Below, piece by piece: positions 20,855 through 31,133 of a DNA stretch of 64,000 bases. The stretch comes from an uncultured Prevotella sp. Lineage in GTDB: Bacteria; Bacteroidota; Bacteroidia; Bacteroidales; Bacteroidaceae. The translations under genes were made by a program, and so were the position numbers. Position 1 is the first letter of the stretch. Each line of letters starts with the position of its first letter. The notes below the pieces were generated by a model that saw only the letters and a program-made list of their open reading frames with translations, ran no database searches and had not been told where the DNA came from. The stretch is from contig URLQ01000001.1 in assembly GCA_900548745.1 (NCBI GenBank), forward strand, positions 4,842 through 68,841. Direction: 5' to 3'.

Positions 20855-23719
20855 ATGAAATCATTCCTTCACTATATAGCTAAAGATATAATAGAGAAAT
20901 ACGGAAACGACCTGTCGCACATCGCACTCGTTTTTCCTAACAAGAGAGCTGCCTTGTTCCTTAACGAGGAACTCGCCCAATGCTCCGACAAACCGGTTTG
21001 GGCACCCAACTACCTTACCATCAGCGACCTCTTCAGACGATACTCTTCTCTCACCGTCGGCGATCCCATAAAACTTGTATGCGAACTGTACAAGACATAC
21101 ACCGAAGTTACCGGCAAGGACGAGACCCTCGACCACTTCTATGATTGGGGCAGACTGCTCATCAGCGACTTTGATGATGTGGACAAGAATATGGCTGACG
21201 CAAAGATGGTTTTCTCAAACATTGCCAATATCCATGAGTTTGACGATATCTCTTATCTCTCTGAAGAACAAAAGGATATACTTAAATCATTCTTCGGAAA
21301 CTTTAGCGATGACCACAACTCTAAGCTGAAGGAGCTCTTCCTCTCTCTTTGGAACAAGCTCGGAGAGATTTATGCCGGTTTCAGAGAAAGACTCAGCAAG
21401 CAGCACATAGCTTATGAAGGTATGCTGTACAGAGCTGTGGTGGACGAACAGACCATCAAGGTGGAACATGACAAATATATCTTCGTGGGCTTCAACGTTC
21501 TCCAGCGTGTGGAGCAGCATCTCTTCAGCTTCCTCAAGTCGGAGGGCGTGGCTGAGTTCTACTGGGATTATGACTTCCACTACGTCAGCAGAAACAACGG
21601 AAACATTCCTAACGAAGCAGGAAAATACATCTCCCAATACATCAAGACTCTCGGTGACTCCCTGTCAGAAGAACTCAGAGGAGAGGCTTACGACAATTTC
21701 AGAAAACAAAAAGACATCTCTTTCGTCAAGGCAAAGACGGAGAACATACAGGCACGCTACGTAAGTTCGTGGCTGAAAGAGAATGAAAGGTACAAGGACG
21801 GCAAGCGCACAGCGATAGTAATGTGTGCCGAAAACCTGTTGCAAGCCATCGTACACAGCATTCCGGATTGTGTTGAGAACGTCAATGTTACCACCGGCTA
21901 TCCTCTATCACAGACCCCTGTAGCATCATTCGTCTCACAACTCCTCGACATGCGCATTATCGGAACGAGAGACGACGGCGGTTTCAGAATATCATTCATC
22001 AGGAAGGTGCTGTCGCATCCCTTTGCAACACACCTTTCGGAGAAGAGTCAGGAGCTGTTGCAGAAGCTGAAAGAAGACAGGAACATGTTTCCTAAATATG
22101 AGGATCTGGCTGTCGACGATAATCTGTCTATGCTCTTCAAGAGCTGTCAAGGCAACGAAGATATACTCAGATGGCTGCTCCAGATACTGGAGACGATAGC
22201 TCCGAAGAACGACTCCCCTCTCTATTCCGAGTCGGTATTCAACATGTACACTATCATCAACCGCCTTACGACACTTGTGGAGTCCGGCGACCTTACGATA
22301 GACTGCATCACTCTTCAGAAACTTGTAAAGCAGCTGATAGCCACGGCAAGCATACCGTTCCATGGCGAACCTGCCATCGGAATACAGATAATGGGAGTGC
22401 TCGAAACAAGAAACCTCGACTTCGACCATATCCTGCTGTTGTCATGCAACGAAGGAAACATGCCGAAAGGCATACGTGACTCTTCCTTCATCCCCTACTC
22501 CATACGTAAGGCTTACGGACTGACAACGGTGGACAACAAAGTGGCTATCTATTCGTACTACTTCCACCGACTCATACAACGCGCATCCGACATAACGATA
22601 ATGTACAACACCTCTACCGAAAACGGAAACCGCGGAGAGATGAGCCGCTTCATGCTGCAACTGATGGTGGAAGGCGGACATGACATAAAGCGACTTGCGC
22701 TGCACGCCTCCCAAAGCTGTACCGACAACAGCAACGGGGGCATAGAAAAGACGGACGCAATAATGGAAAAGATGTATTCCTACAGCAAGCTTTCGCCTAC
22801 AGCCCTTAACAGATACCTGCGCTGCCAGCTGCAGTTCTACTATAACAACATAGCCGGAATAAGGGAACCGGACGATGATATAGAGGAGCAGCTGTCAAGC
22901 CGTGCCTTCGGAAACATCTTCCACAACGCCTCGGAAGAGATTTACAAGGACGTGTGCGGCACAGGAAGGATGGTGACGGAAAGCCTTATCGAAAACCTTG
23001 CGAAGAAAGAACATGTTCAGGAAGTAGTAGACAGAATGTTCCAGAAAGAGATGTTCGGAGAGGACACAAGCAGATGGAAGAAGATAAACTACAACGGCAT
23101 GCAGCTGATAAGCCGTGAAGTGATTATCAGATACGTGCAGCGACTGCTCGAAATAGATAAGGCGCTTGCCCCTTTCAACATTCTTGCCCTCGAAAAGGAC
23201 ATGTTCGAAGAGATAACCATTCCTGCCGGCAATGGCAAAAAGACTATAAAGATAGGTGGACGAATAGACCGTCTGGACATGATAACCGACCCGGATACGG
23301 GCAGAAGGCGCATCCGTGTGATTGACTACAAGACGGGAGGAACCGACATAAAGTCTGGCATAAGCGAAGTGGAAGAGATATTTGACCCGGCAATGGCTGG
23401 CGGCACGAACCATACCGACTATTACCTGCAGTCGATGCTCTACTCGCTGATAGCAAGGAAGTGCAAGGAACTGAATCCATACGGACTGCCCGTCAGTCCG
23501 GCACTCATATTCATCCAGCATGCCTTCAGCGAACAATACGACCCTACTATATATATAAATAAGGTGAAAGTTATCGACGTGGCGGAATATGAAGAGGACT
23601 ACCGCAAGGGTATGCAACAGCTTGTTGAGGAGATATACAATCCGGGAATCTCATTCCAGCCAACGGCAAACGACAAGCATTGCGAGTATTGTGCATACAA
23701 GGCTTTGTGTGGAAAATAG
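20855..23719 (+). CDS. AddB-like PD-(D/E)XK nuclease with Fe-S cysteines
   Basis: GRIDRLD and IDYKTG; Cys in YLRCQL and C-terminal CEYCAYKALC; adjacent to the addA-like gene. Confidence 0.9.
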   Translation: MKSFLHYIAKDIIEKYGNDLSHIALVFPNKRAALFLNEELAQCSDKPVWAPNYLTISDLFRRYSSLTVGDPIKLVCELYKTYTEVTGKDETLDHFYDWGRLLISDFDDVDKNMADAKMVFSNIANIHEFDDISYLSEEQKDILKSFFGNFSDDHNSKLKELFLSLWNKLGEIYAGFRERLSKQHIAYEGMLYRAVVDEQTIKVEHDKYIFVGFNVLQRVEQHLFSFLKSEGVAEFYWDYDFHYVSRNNGNIPNEAGKYISQYIKTLGDSLSEELRGEAYDNFRKQKDISFVKAKTENIQARYVSSWLKENERYKDGKRTAIVMCAENLLQAIVHSIPDCVENVNVTTGYPLSQTPVASFVSQLLDMRIIGTRDDGGFRISFIRKVLSHPFATHLSEKSQELLQKLKEDRNMFPKYEDLAVDDNLSMLFKSCQGNEDILRWLLQILETIAPKNDSPLYSESVFNMYTIINRLTTLVESGDLTIDCITLQKLVKQLIATASIPFHGEPAIGIQIMGVLETRNLDFDHILLLSCNEGNMPKGIRDSSFIPYSIRKAYGLTTVDNKVAIYSYYFHRLIQRASDITIMYNTSTENGNRGEMSRFMLQLMVEGGHDIKRLALHASQSCTDNSNGGIEKTDAIMEKMYSYSKLSPTALNRYLRCQLQFYYNNIAGIREPDDDIEEQLSSRAFGNIFHNASEEIYKDVCGTGRMVTESLIENLAKKEHVQEVVDRMFQKEMFGEDTSRWKKINYNGMQLISREVIIRYVQRLLEIDKALAPFNILALEKDMFEEITIPAGNGKKTIKIGGRIDRLDMITDPDTGRRRIRVIDYKTGGTDIKSGISEVEEIFDPAMAGGTNHTDYYLQSMLYSLIARKCKELNPYGLPVSPALIFIQHAFSEQYDPTIYINKVKVIDVAEYEEDYRKGMQQLVEEIYNPGISFQPTANDKHCEYCAYKALCGK

Positions 23720-23814
23720 CAAATAGATGGATAAAAAATCAAACATAACGTTAATAATAATTAAGACTGCAAGGTTTACATATCCAAAAAACCACATATA
23801 TGGATAGAAATAGT

Positions 23815-23822
23815 TAACTTTG
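23815..23822 (+). promoter_or_regulatory. -7 promoter element of rplU-rpmA
   Basis: TAACTTTG followed by CA. Confidence 0.65.
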
Positions 23823-23908
23823 CAGCCGATTTTAGTCCGTATAGGCTCAAATAAGTCATAACACGAAGTTATGCGCCTTGCGGAGCAAACCCGTTTTAAG
23901 TAATAAAA

Positions 23909-24226
23909 ATGTACGCAATCGTAGAGATTAACGGTCAGCAGTTCAAGGTTGAGGAGGGCAAGAAGTTGTTCGTTCACCACATCCAGAACTCTGAAGAGGG
24001 TCAGACAGTAGAGTTTGACAAGGTACTTCTCGTAGACAACGAGGGTGCAGTAAAGGTAGGCGCTCCTACAGTAGAGGGCGCAAAGGTAGTATGCGAAGTT
24101 GTTAACCCACTCGTAAAGGGTGACAAGGTTATCGTCTTCAAGATGAAGCGCAGAAAGGATGAGCGTAAACGCAACGGTCATCGTACTCACTTCACACAAA
24201 TCGCAGTTAAACAAGTAATCGCTTAA
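23909..24226 (+). CDS. rplU: 50S ribosomal protein L21
   Basis: [14 protein letters not shown]...KRRK...GHR. Confidence 0.98.
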   Translation: MYAIVEINGQQFKVEEGKKLFVHHIQNSEEGQTVEFDKVLLVDNEGAVKVGAPTVEGAKVVCEVVNPLVKGDKVIVFKMKRRKDERKRNGHRTHFTQIAVKQVIA

Positions 24227-24246
24227 AAAAAGGAGGACTAGTAGAA

Positions 24247-24510
24247 ATGGCACATAAAAAAGGTGTAGGTAGTTCTAAGAACGGCCGTGAGTCAGCTTCA
24301 CAGAGATTAGGCGTTAAGATTTGGGGTGGTCAGAAGGTTATCGCTGGTAACATCATCGTTCGTCAGCGTGGCACAAAGCACAACCCAGGTTTGAATGTAG
24401 GTATCGGTAAGGATGATACTCTTTACGCTCTTACAGACGGAATCGTAAACTTCCGCAAGGGTCGCAAAGACAGAAGCATCGTATCTGTACTCCCTGAGGC
24501 AGAAGCTTAA
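24247..24510 (+). CDS. rpmA: 50S ribosomal protein L27
   Basis: [16 protein letters not shown]...GNIIVRQRG. Confidence 0.98.
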   Translation: MAHKKGVGSSKNGRESASQRLGVKIWGGQKVIAGNIIVRQRGTKHNPGLNVGIGKDDTLYALTDGIVNFRKGRKDRSIVSVLPEAEA

Positions 24511-24542
24511 CAAATAAAAAACAACTTATTCCAAACAAACAT

Positions 24543-24571
24543 AAGAGTCTCAATGCGAGGCTCTTTTTTTT
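24543..24571 (+). terminator. Intrinsic terminator of rplU-rpmA
   Basis: Stem AAGAGTCTC/GAGGCTCTT followed by a T-run. Confidence 0.75.
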
Positions 24572-24578
24572 ATGCAAT

Positions 24579-24616
24579 GAAAAAAGGACAAAACCTCACG
24601 AGGAAGCATTGTCCTT
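24579..24616 (-). terminator. Probable terminator of the minus-strand operon
   Basis: Stem AAGGACAA/TTGTCCTT with an inner CCTC/GAGG stem; A-run on the plus strand. Confidence 0.55.
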
Positions 24617-24659
24617 ATCCTGGGCTTTCTGACCCGATATCTTTTCCGGCAGACAAGCA

Positions 24660-25526
24660 TCAGTCTGACAGACGCACGATTCTTATGCCGGTCATCGTCT
24701 TGCGCTTCTGAAGATAGGTATAAAGAAGCATCGGTTCTTCAACGACCTTATGGTGTACCGACGAAGCGTTGATTAGATGAAGCCCGTCTTTATGCCACAC
24801 GGCAAAACCGAGATGCTGAGTGTCAAGACCGCTCTTGTTCGTTATGATAGCTATGATGTCGCCATTGTGTATCGTCTGACGAAGCAGCTTGGTGTTCCTG
24901 ACCGCCGTCTTTGGGATATATCTGTACTTACGTCCGCACAGGTTTTTCTCCATCTTCGCAATCTTCTCCCTGTCTGCGGCGTTGCCTTTCAGCATAGGAT
25001 ATTTGTCGCTATGCGCCGACATATAGTTTACGAAGATGTTCTGAACCTTGGTGAAAGGAGGGTTCGGGCTCTGTATCTCCCGGCAAATGCCAGCCTTTGC
25101 GTTATCGTCTATCCATTCTGTATAATAGTGCAGACGTGCAGGATAGCTAAGGGCATCTCCCTTCCGATAGCGTATCAGCTTGAGGTTGTCGCAGAAAGCA
25201 CGGAACGTATATTGCTTGTTCTTCACACACAAGGTGAGTGCCACCACGTTCTCCACGTATGTCGTGCAGTCGAGTTGTCTAAGATTAACCACGAGTTGCT
25301 CCTTCTTGTTCACCTCCAGAGTGCTTGCCACGTATGGTATGCCATAGAACTGGCGTGTGAAAAACATCACGCAGTCCTGCTGTCTGGTAAGTTTCCTGGC
25401 ACGTGCCTCATTGAGAAGCTTCACCACTTTCAGGCTGTCGCTCTTCTGATACTGCACGGCTCCCACGACGCATGCCATGGAAAGGAATGCCAAGAGTATC
25501 AACTTACGTTTTATTTCTATTTTCAT
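24660..25526 (-). CDS. DUF1460/AmiA-like NlpC/P60-superfamily amidase
   Basis: Signal peptide; LDCTTYVE (catalytic Cys), RLHYY and HLGFA. Confidence 0.82.
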   Translation of the reverse strand: MKIEIKRKLILLAFLSMACVVGAVQYQKSDSLKVVKLLNEARARKLTRQQDCVMFFTRQFYGIPYVASTLEVNKKEQLVVNLRQLDCTTYVENVVALTLCVKNKQYTFRAFCDNLKLIRYRKGDALSYPARLHYYTEWIDDNAKAGICREIQSPNPPFTKVQNIFVNYMSAHSDKYPMLKGNAADREKIAKMEKNLCGRKYRYIPKTAVRNTKLLRQTIHNGDIIAIITNKSGLDTQHLGFAVWHKDGLHLINASSVHHKVVEEPMLLYTYLQKRKTMTGIRIVRLSD

Positions 25527-25537
25527 ATTCTTTCCTT

Positions 25538-26710
25538 TTATTGTTTTACATTCTTCTTATATTTGCGTTTCAGTCCGAGATTCATGCCCACATACACATT
25601 AAGGGAGGCAAAATAGTTGTTGGTAGAAAACTTGCTCTTCCTGTAGTTATAGGCGTGAAGCACCGTGCTTGCTCCGGCAAAATACTTGTCGTTGTTCCAC
25701 ACAAAGCCAAAGCGGCCGATACCGTCGAGGTTGAAATTATTGAAGCTGAAGTCTTTCAGCGAGAATCCGTTGTGTTTGGTATCATCACTCTTCGACTTCT
25801 TGTATGCCATTGCCACGGACAGCGAAGCGGAGAAGAGACAGTTGCGCGCCATAACCCAATTATAGGCATAGCCGCCGGAAACGGAATACGCCTCGTATTT
25901 TACATTCTTGAAACAAAGGTCTTCGTCTATCTCCACTCCGTCTGCCCCACTTCCTCCGGAGGTGCCTCCAAGACTGTTGTTCACTACAGTTTTCAAGGCT
26001 TCGTAGTCGAGCGAGAGCGAGTGGGCGGTATATCCGATGCCAAGCAATGGCGAGCCGCAGCTCCTCTTCTGGCGGTTGGTCTGACTGAAAGCCGCCGGAT
26101 AGGAGAACTTATTGTGATTGAAGATATAGTAGATGTCGAAGCCTTTGATGCTTACGTTAAGTCCGCCGAACGGCACATCCCTCAGGATGTATTTGTCCAC
26201 AGCGTCCTTTATCGTGGCTTTCGTTATCCTAAAGTCGTCGCCCGACTTGCGGTAATAGAGGTCGATGCCGAGCATGGAACTGTAAAAGCTAAGGTCAAAC
26301 TCCGTTTTCCTGTTGCTTTTTTCAAGATGCTTCACATCGAAAGAATATCCTAAAAAGAGCCATCGCCATGCGGCATACGGCCCAACCTTTGCGCTCCAGT
26401 CGGGAGCGAAGGAGAAGCGCTGCCCCGACTTGCTCTCTATGGTATACTCTTCAAACGTGTTTGTATTCTGCAGCATCACGGTATAGTCATAGTGTTGAGG
26501 CTCTATATAGTTGGTATCCAACTCGTTGAACCCACGGAACACCTTCGTGAAAGCATGACCGATGGCATGAAACAGGTCCCGCTTCTTCTTCCCCTCAACC
26601 GGCTTTACCGCCATGCTGTCTGCTTTCACGCACAGGGAGTCCTGTCCATGAGCTGACACATGGATAGAGAAGAACAATGCCAACAGTAAAAACAAACCAT
26701 GTTTTGTCAT
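25538..26710 (-). CDS. Secreted/outer-membrane protein (DUF4421-like)
   Basis: Signal peptide; FNHNKFSYPAAFSQ...QKRSCGS motif; beta-rich. Confidence 0.75.
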   Translation of the reverse strand: MTKHGLFLLLALFFSIHVSAHGQDSLCVKADSMAVKPVEGKKKRDLFHAIGHAFTKVFRGFNELDTNYIEPQHYDYTVMLQNTNTFEEYTIESKSGQRFSFAPDWSAKVGPYAAWRWLFLGYSFDVKHLEKSNRKTEFDLSFYSSMLGIDLYYRKSGDDFRITKATIKDAVDKYILRDVPFGGLNVSIKGFDIYYIFNHNKFSYPAAFSQTNRQKRSCGSPLLGIGYTAHSLSLDYEALKTVVNNSLGGTSGGSGADGVEIDEDLCFKNVKYEAYSVSGGYAYNWVMARNCLFSASLSVAMAYKKSKSDDTKHNGFSLKDFSFNNFNLDGIGRFGFVWNNDKYFAGASTVLHAYNYRKSKFSTNNYFASLNVYVGMNLGLKRKYKKNVKQ

Positions 26711-26745
26711 GTCATGCCGAATTATGATTTACCCGTCTTACAGTA

Positions 26746-27735
26746 TTAGAATTTACCGAGTATTCTGTCCATCACCCAGTTTACGGGCGTTGCCGACATA
26801 CTCGTACACGTACACTTTCCTTTTCCCAGCAAATCGTCAACAACCGCCTGTATGATAGGACGCTGCACATAGGGAGGATTTGCCACCACGATATTCGCCT
26901 TGCCACGGCTCGTGACGAGGAGTATCGGTTCATAGTTGAACACCGAGAAGCTGATGCTGCCCTTGTTGCCTACAATCTCTATGCGGTCTTCATTTGCCGA
27001 CTCATGACCTACGAAGCACCATGAGCCGCTGCCCGGAAGCCCGTTCTCGAACCTGAAGCATGCGCTGATGCTGTCTTCCGACTCGTACAGTCCGCCACGG
27101 TTGGCGCTGATGCCGTTGGCTTCAACAATTACTCCGAACAAGTCCTGCAACAGATCAAGCTGGTGCGGAGCCATATCATAGAAATAGCCACCACCGGCAA
27201 TCTCCGGAACCAGTCGCCACGGACGCTTGTCGCCCTTCTCTGCATCGAACTCGCGTGCAGGACTGGAATATCTGATCTGCACATTCACTATCTCACCTAT
27301 CTCGCCACTCTCTATGATGCTTCTTACCTTATTGAAATAAGGGAGATACCTGCGATAGTAAGCCACGAAGCAGGGTATGCCCGTCTGCTCGCTCACTCGG
27401 TTCACCCTGGCACAGTCGTCATAGCTCGCCGCCAAAGGCTTCTCCACATATACCGCCTTGCCGGAATGCATCGCCATGATGGCGTATGTGGCATGGCTCG
27501 ACGGAGGAGTGGCTATATAGACGGTGTTAACTTCCGGGTCGTCAATAAGTTCCATGGCATCGGTATACCATCGCTTTATGCCGTGGCGCTCGGCATAGGA
27601 GCGCGCCTTCTCCGCACTACGGCTCATCACGGCAACAACTTCCGAACCCTCAATCTCGCTGAAAGCCGGTCCGGACTTCTTTTCCACAACCTCTCCGCAG
27701 CCTATAAAACCCCATTTTATCGTATCCATATTCAT
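26746..27735 (-). CDS. Gfo/Idh/MocA family oxidoreductase
   Basis: WGFIGCG, YIATPP..H, VEKP and GGG.FYD..PH. Confidence 0.92.
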   Translation of the reverse strand: MNMDTIKWGFIGCGEVVEKKSGPAFSEIEGSEVVAVMSRSAEKARSYAERHGIKRWYTDAMELIDDPEVNTVYIATPPSSHATYAIMAMHSGKAVYVEKPLAASYDDCARVNRVSEQTGIPCFVAYYRRYLPYFNKVRSIIESGEIGEIVNVQIRYSSPAREFDAEKGDKRPWRLVPEIAGGGYFYDMAPHQLDLLQDLFGVIVEANGISANRGGLYESEDSISACFRFENGLPGSGSWCFVGHESANEDRIEIVGNKGSISFSVFNYEPILLVTSRGKANIVVANPPYVQRPIIQAVVDDLLGKGKCTCTSMSATPVNWVMDRILGKF

Positions 27736-27802
27736 CGTTTTATTTATCCCGACATGCCTGTCATCTTAATGCTAAACAGGGCACATCTTTATATAAGTAA
27801 TG

Positions 27803-27863
27803 CAAAGTTAGCATTTTTTATCGAGTTTAAAATAAGCGAATACCACTATTATTATTACCTTTG
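27803..27863. promoter_or_regulatory. Divergent -7 promoter elements
   Basis: CAAAGTTA at 27803-27810 (rc TAACTTTG) and TACCTTTG at 27856-27863. Confidence 0.6.
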
Positions 27864-27882
27864 CAAATATTAATACAATAAT

Positions 27883-28788
27883 ATGATGGAAAAAGAAGAA
27901 ACAGAAAACGTTTTGAAGAGAAGGAGCTACCGCTCGTGTATATCCTCTGCATACCACGATGTAAAGGACAATCTATGGACTATCACCAAGAAGAACTGGA
28001 GGATTTTCCTGTTTATCGCCGTGCTGCAGGCTGCCATAAGCACATGGAACGCCTCTCTCTCGCTCGGCATCAACTATGAGGGCTTCGACATGAAACCCAT
28101 CCCGCTGACCGTATGCGGCCTGCTGGCAGTCACTTCCGACTTGCTCCTCATGGCGGCGGCATTCAGAATAGTAAACGGAAGAGCATTGGCGTGGAACATA
28201 AGACGGGCGTTCTCCACGCTGCCTGCCACAATCCTCTTCACGCTTGCATGCGGCATCGTGCTCCTTATAGCATTCGTGGCATACGCCATGAGCAGCAAGA
28301 CACCGGAAAACATCCCCGTCTGGCACCTGGCTATCATCGCCCTGGCATGGCTGCCGCTATACCTTATATTAAGCGTACCTGTGACTTTCGTCTACACAAG
28401 ATACATGATTGAGCCGGAAACGAAGCTGCGCAAGATTTTCATCCATGCCTACGGCAATGCCTTCCGCAGCTGGGGATTCATCGTCGTCACGGGCTTTCTC
28501 GCCCTCCTGTGCTATATATTGACAAACATGGTGCTGTGTCTGCCCGACCATGTGTTGACCATCGTATACAACCGGGCGGCATACGGAACCACGGCTTACG
28601 GTGATCCAATGGGGCTGCCGGGATATTTCGGCGTACTGAAATTCTTCACTTCGCTCCTTAACCACGGCATCGGAATATACCTTAGCGTGTTCACCACCTA
28701 TGTGTTCTACTACATCTACCAGACGGTAAGCATAAAGACAAGCGACAGAAAAGCAAGGCGCAACAGGAAAGAAGACTGCAGACAATAA
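27883..28788 (+). CDS. Hypothetical integral membrane protein (about 6 TM segments)
   Basis: Multiple hydrophobic segments; promoter upstream; co-oriented with hisB. Confidence 0.8.
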   Translation: MMEKEETENVLKRRSYRSCISSAYHDVKDNLWTITKKNWRIFLFIAVLQAAISTWNASLSLGINYEGFDMKPIPLTVCGLLAVTSDLLLMAAAFRIVNGRALAWNIRRAFSTLPATILFTLACGIVLLIAFVAYAMSSKTPENIPVWHLAIIALAWLPLYLILSVPVTFVYTRYMIEPETKLRKIFIHAYGNAFRSWGFIVVTGFLALLCYILTNMVLCLPDHVLTIVYNRAAYGTTAYGDPMGLPGYFGVLKFFTSLLNHGIGIYLSVFTTYVFYYIYQTVSIKTSDRKARRNRKEDCRQ

Positions 28789-28816
28789 ACATATTCACAC
28801 AAATACAAATACGATT

Positions 28817-29887
28817 ATGACACAGAGATACCTGTTTATCGACCGCGACGGCACGCTCATCGAAGAGCCTGCCGACGAGCAAGTGGACTCGTTCAGCAAA
28901 CTGAAGTTCAAGAAGGATGTGTTCAAGAGCCTCTCTTTCATATACAAACACCTGGACTTCAAATTCGTAATGGTGACCAACCAGGACGGACTGGGCACGG
29001 CATCCTTTCCCGAAGAAACATTCTGGCCCGTGCAGAACTTCGTCGTCGACACACTGAAAGGCGAAGGGATAGAGTTCCACGACATTCTTATCGACAGACA
29101 TTTCCCCGAAGACAACAGTCCATACCGCAAGCCCGGCACGGAGATGCTCAGAGGATATATCGACGACAAAGACTGCCTGATGGCTGAAAGCTACGTCATC
29201 GGCGACAGGGAAACGGACCGCCAGCTGGCGCAGAACCTCGGATGCAAGGCGCTCATCATAGGGGACGACCTCGGATGGGAGCAGATAACGGAACGGCTCT
29301 TTGCCGGAGAACGCACGGCAACCGTGGAGAGAAACACCAAAGAGACGCAAATCCGCGTATCGATGAACCTCGACGGCAAGGGCAAGACCTGCATCTCTAC
29401 CGGCATCGGATTCTTTGACCACATGCTGGAACAAATAGGAAAACACGGGGGGATAGACCTGACGGTGAAGACCACCGGCGACCTCTACGTTGACGAACAC
29501 CACACTATAGAGGACACGGGTATTGCCATCGGCGAATGTATAAGGAAAGCTCTCGGAGACAAACGTGGAATAGAACGCTACGGATATACGCTGCCCATGG
29601 ACGACTGCCTCTGCCAGGTGGCTCTCGACTTCGGCGGACGGCCATGGACAGTATGGGACGTCGAGTTCAAAAGGGAGAGAATCGGCGAGATGCCAACAGA
29701 GATGTTCTTCCATTTCTTCAAGAGTCTCAGCGACGCAGCCCTCATGAACCTGAACATAAAAGCGGAAGGCACCAACGAGCACCATAAGATAGAGGGCATC
29801 TTCAAAGCCTTCGCACGCTCCGTGAAAATGGCAGTTAAAAGAGACATATACAGATATGAGCTGCCCTCAACAAAGGGCAAGCTCTAA
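28817..29887 (+). CDS. hisB: Bifunctional histidinol-phosphatase / imidazoleglycerol-phosphate dehydratase
   Basis: HAD motif FIDRDGT; IGPD motifs [20 protein letters not shown] and NEHHKIE; C-terminal PSTKG. Confidence 0.97.
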   Translation: MTQRYLFIDRDGTLIEEPADEQVDSFSKLKFKKDVFKSLSFIYKHLDFKFVMVTNQDGLGTASFPEETFWPVQNFVVDTLKGEGIEFHDILIDRHFPEDNSPYRKPGTEMLRGYIDDKDCLMAESYVIGDRETDRQLAQNLGCKALIIGDDLGWEQITERLFAGERTATVERNTKETQIRVSMNLDGKGKTCISTGIGFFDHMLEQIGKHGGIDLTVKTTGDLYVDEHHTIEDTGIAIGECIRKALGDKRGIERYGYTLPMDDCLCQVALDFGGRPWTVWDVEFKRERIGEMPTEMFFHFFKSLSDAALMNLNIKAEGTNEHHKIEGIFKAFARSVKMAVKRDIYRYELPSTKGKL

Positions 29888-29915
29888 AACGGAAACATAC
29901 AATCGAGTGCGGGGG

Positions 29916-30545
29916 TTATTCTTTCATATAGACCTTCGCACTTACTTTTCCCTTGGAAATAAGGCCGCTACCTTTTGTTTCAGCCCATTTCCTCAGTTCC
30001 ACCGTGGCTGACGAGCGTGCCATGCCAGTCAGCTCGGCATACTCCGCCACACGGATAAACTTGTTGCCCGGCTCCGACAGATAAGCGAAAAGCATATTCC
30101 TACGCTCCTCCTTGGTATAAGGCGAACTGTTAACACGGCGCACGCCGCCCCTCGTAAGGCTGCAACGCCTGTTGACGCTGTCAACAAGCCGTGCGTCGCA
30201 ACGGAAATTGACATCCGTAACCTCTATCGACGCAGAGTTCAAACTGCTCTCATTCTCGCCGATTCCATCCATCCTTACACCCGTCTTTGTACCCAACGCG
30301 GCACGGAAAGTGCCGATGCCGTCGAGCGTCACCGTATGTCCCTGCGCAAGAAACTCCGACAGCTCTTCCGAAACTGCCGTCAGGGCATGCAGCAGACCTC
30401 CCTCCGTCAGTCCCTGGGCATGCGAACAGATATGCCTGATAAGCTCCTGCGTACTCACGTTTCCAGCATTCTCCATGCGATAATAGCACTTCTTCTCGCC
30501 CGTCCCATTCATGTCGGGCATCTCCTGCTTAATATATTTTGCCAT
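29916..30545 (-). CDS. HU/IHF-like DNA-binding protein (Bacteroidetes type) with a C-terminal HTH-like extension
   Basis: HU core LAQGHTVTLDGIGTF and VNFR; C-terminal VAEYAELTGMARSSATVELRKW. Confidence 0.8.
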   Translation of the reverse strand: MAKYIKQEMPDMNGTGEKKCYYRMENAGNVSTQELIRHICSHAQGLTEGGLLHALTAVSEELSEFLAQGHTVTLDGIGTFRAALGTKTGVRMDGIGENESSLNSASIEVTDVNFRCDARLVDSVNRRCSLTRGGVRRVNSSPYTKEERRNMLFAYLSEPGNKFIRVAEYAELTGMARSSATVELRKWAETKGSGLISKGKVSAKVYMKE

Positions 30546-30654
30546 GTCTGATTTATTTGTTTGATAATCAAAGTTTCAATAAAAAAGAAAATCTTTTCGA
30601 CCGTAAAGGTACACAATTATATCATATAAACAAAGCAAACCATAGGATAAAATT

Positions 30655-30738
30655 AAAATAAAGCCTGTATTTTAATAAACAAAAGCTTTATTCAATAAAA
30701 TAAAGACTATATTTTATAAAACAAAGGCTGTATTTATG
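30655..30738. repeat. Four tandem 21-bp quasi-palindromic repeats
   Basis: AAAATAAAGCCTGTATTTTAA / TAAACAAAAGCTTTATTCAAT / AAAATAAAGACTATATTTTAT / AAAACAAAGGCTGTATTTATG. Confidence 0.75.
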
Positions 30739-30911
30739 TTTTATAACGTTCATAATATACTTAATATCACCCACTTTATAATTTATCGCTACAGATTGTA
30801 CTTTTACTAATCGGCGTAAGTGATGCCGACGACGGATTTCAGCAAAAACAAGGCTAATTTTTTTTTGATATATTTTACGCAAAAGACTTTGTTTAATGCG
30901 TATTTTTTTCA

Positions 30912-30919
30912 TACCTTTG
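30912..30919 (+). promoter_or_regulatory. -7 promoter element of nrdD
   Basis: TACCTTTG followed by CA, with TTTG about 22 bp upstream. Confidence 0.65.
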
Positions 30920-31133
30920 CAGTCGAATAAATCAAACAAAACAGAAAACTTTCCTACTTCAAAAACCAAAGAAGTTATCTAAAAAGAAGAACTTTACGGG
31001 ACTGAAAATACAAAAGTTTTCCAAAACAAAAAGTTAACTCGTTGAAAATCAACAGTCTGACTTACCGCAATAACACCAAAAGTTGTCCCAAAAGATAATA
31101 AACGAACAATAATACATAATACAAGTATCAACC

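Noticed and set aside
30746..30770. dif-like site (ACGTTCATAATATACTTAATATCAC)
   Set aside because: It lacks the conserved TTATGTTAAA XerD arm.
31073..31088. NrdR-box-like ACACCAAAAGTTGTCC upstream of nrdD
   Set aside because: Many mismatches, no properly spaced second box, and NrdR is generally absent from Bacteroidetes.
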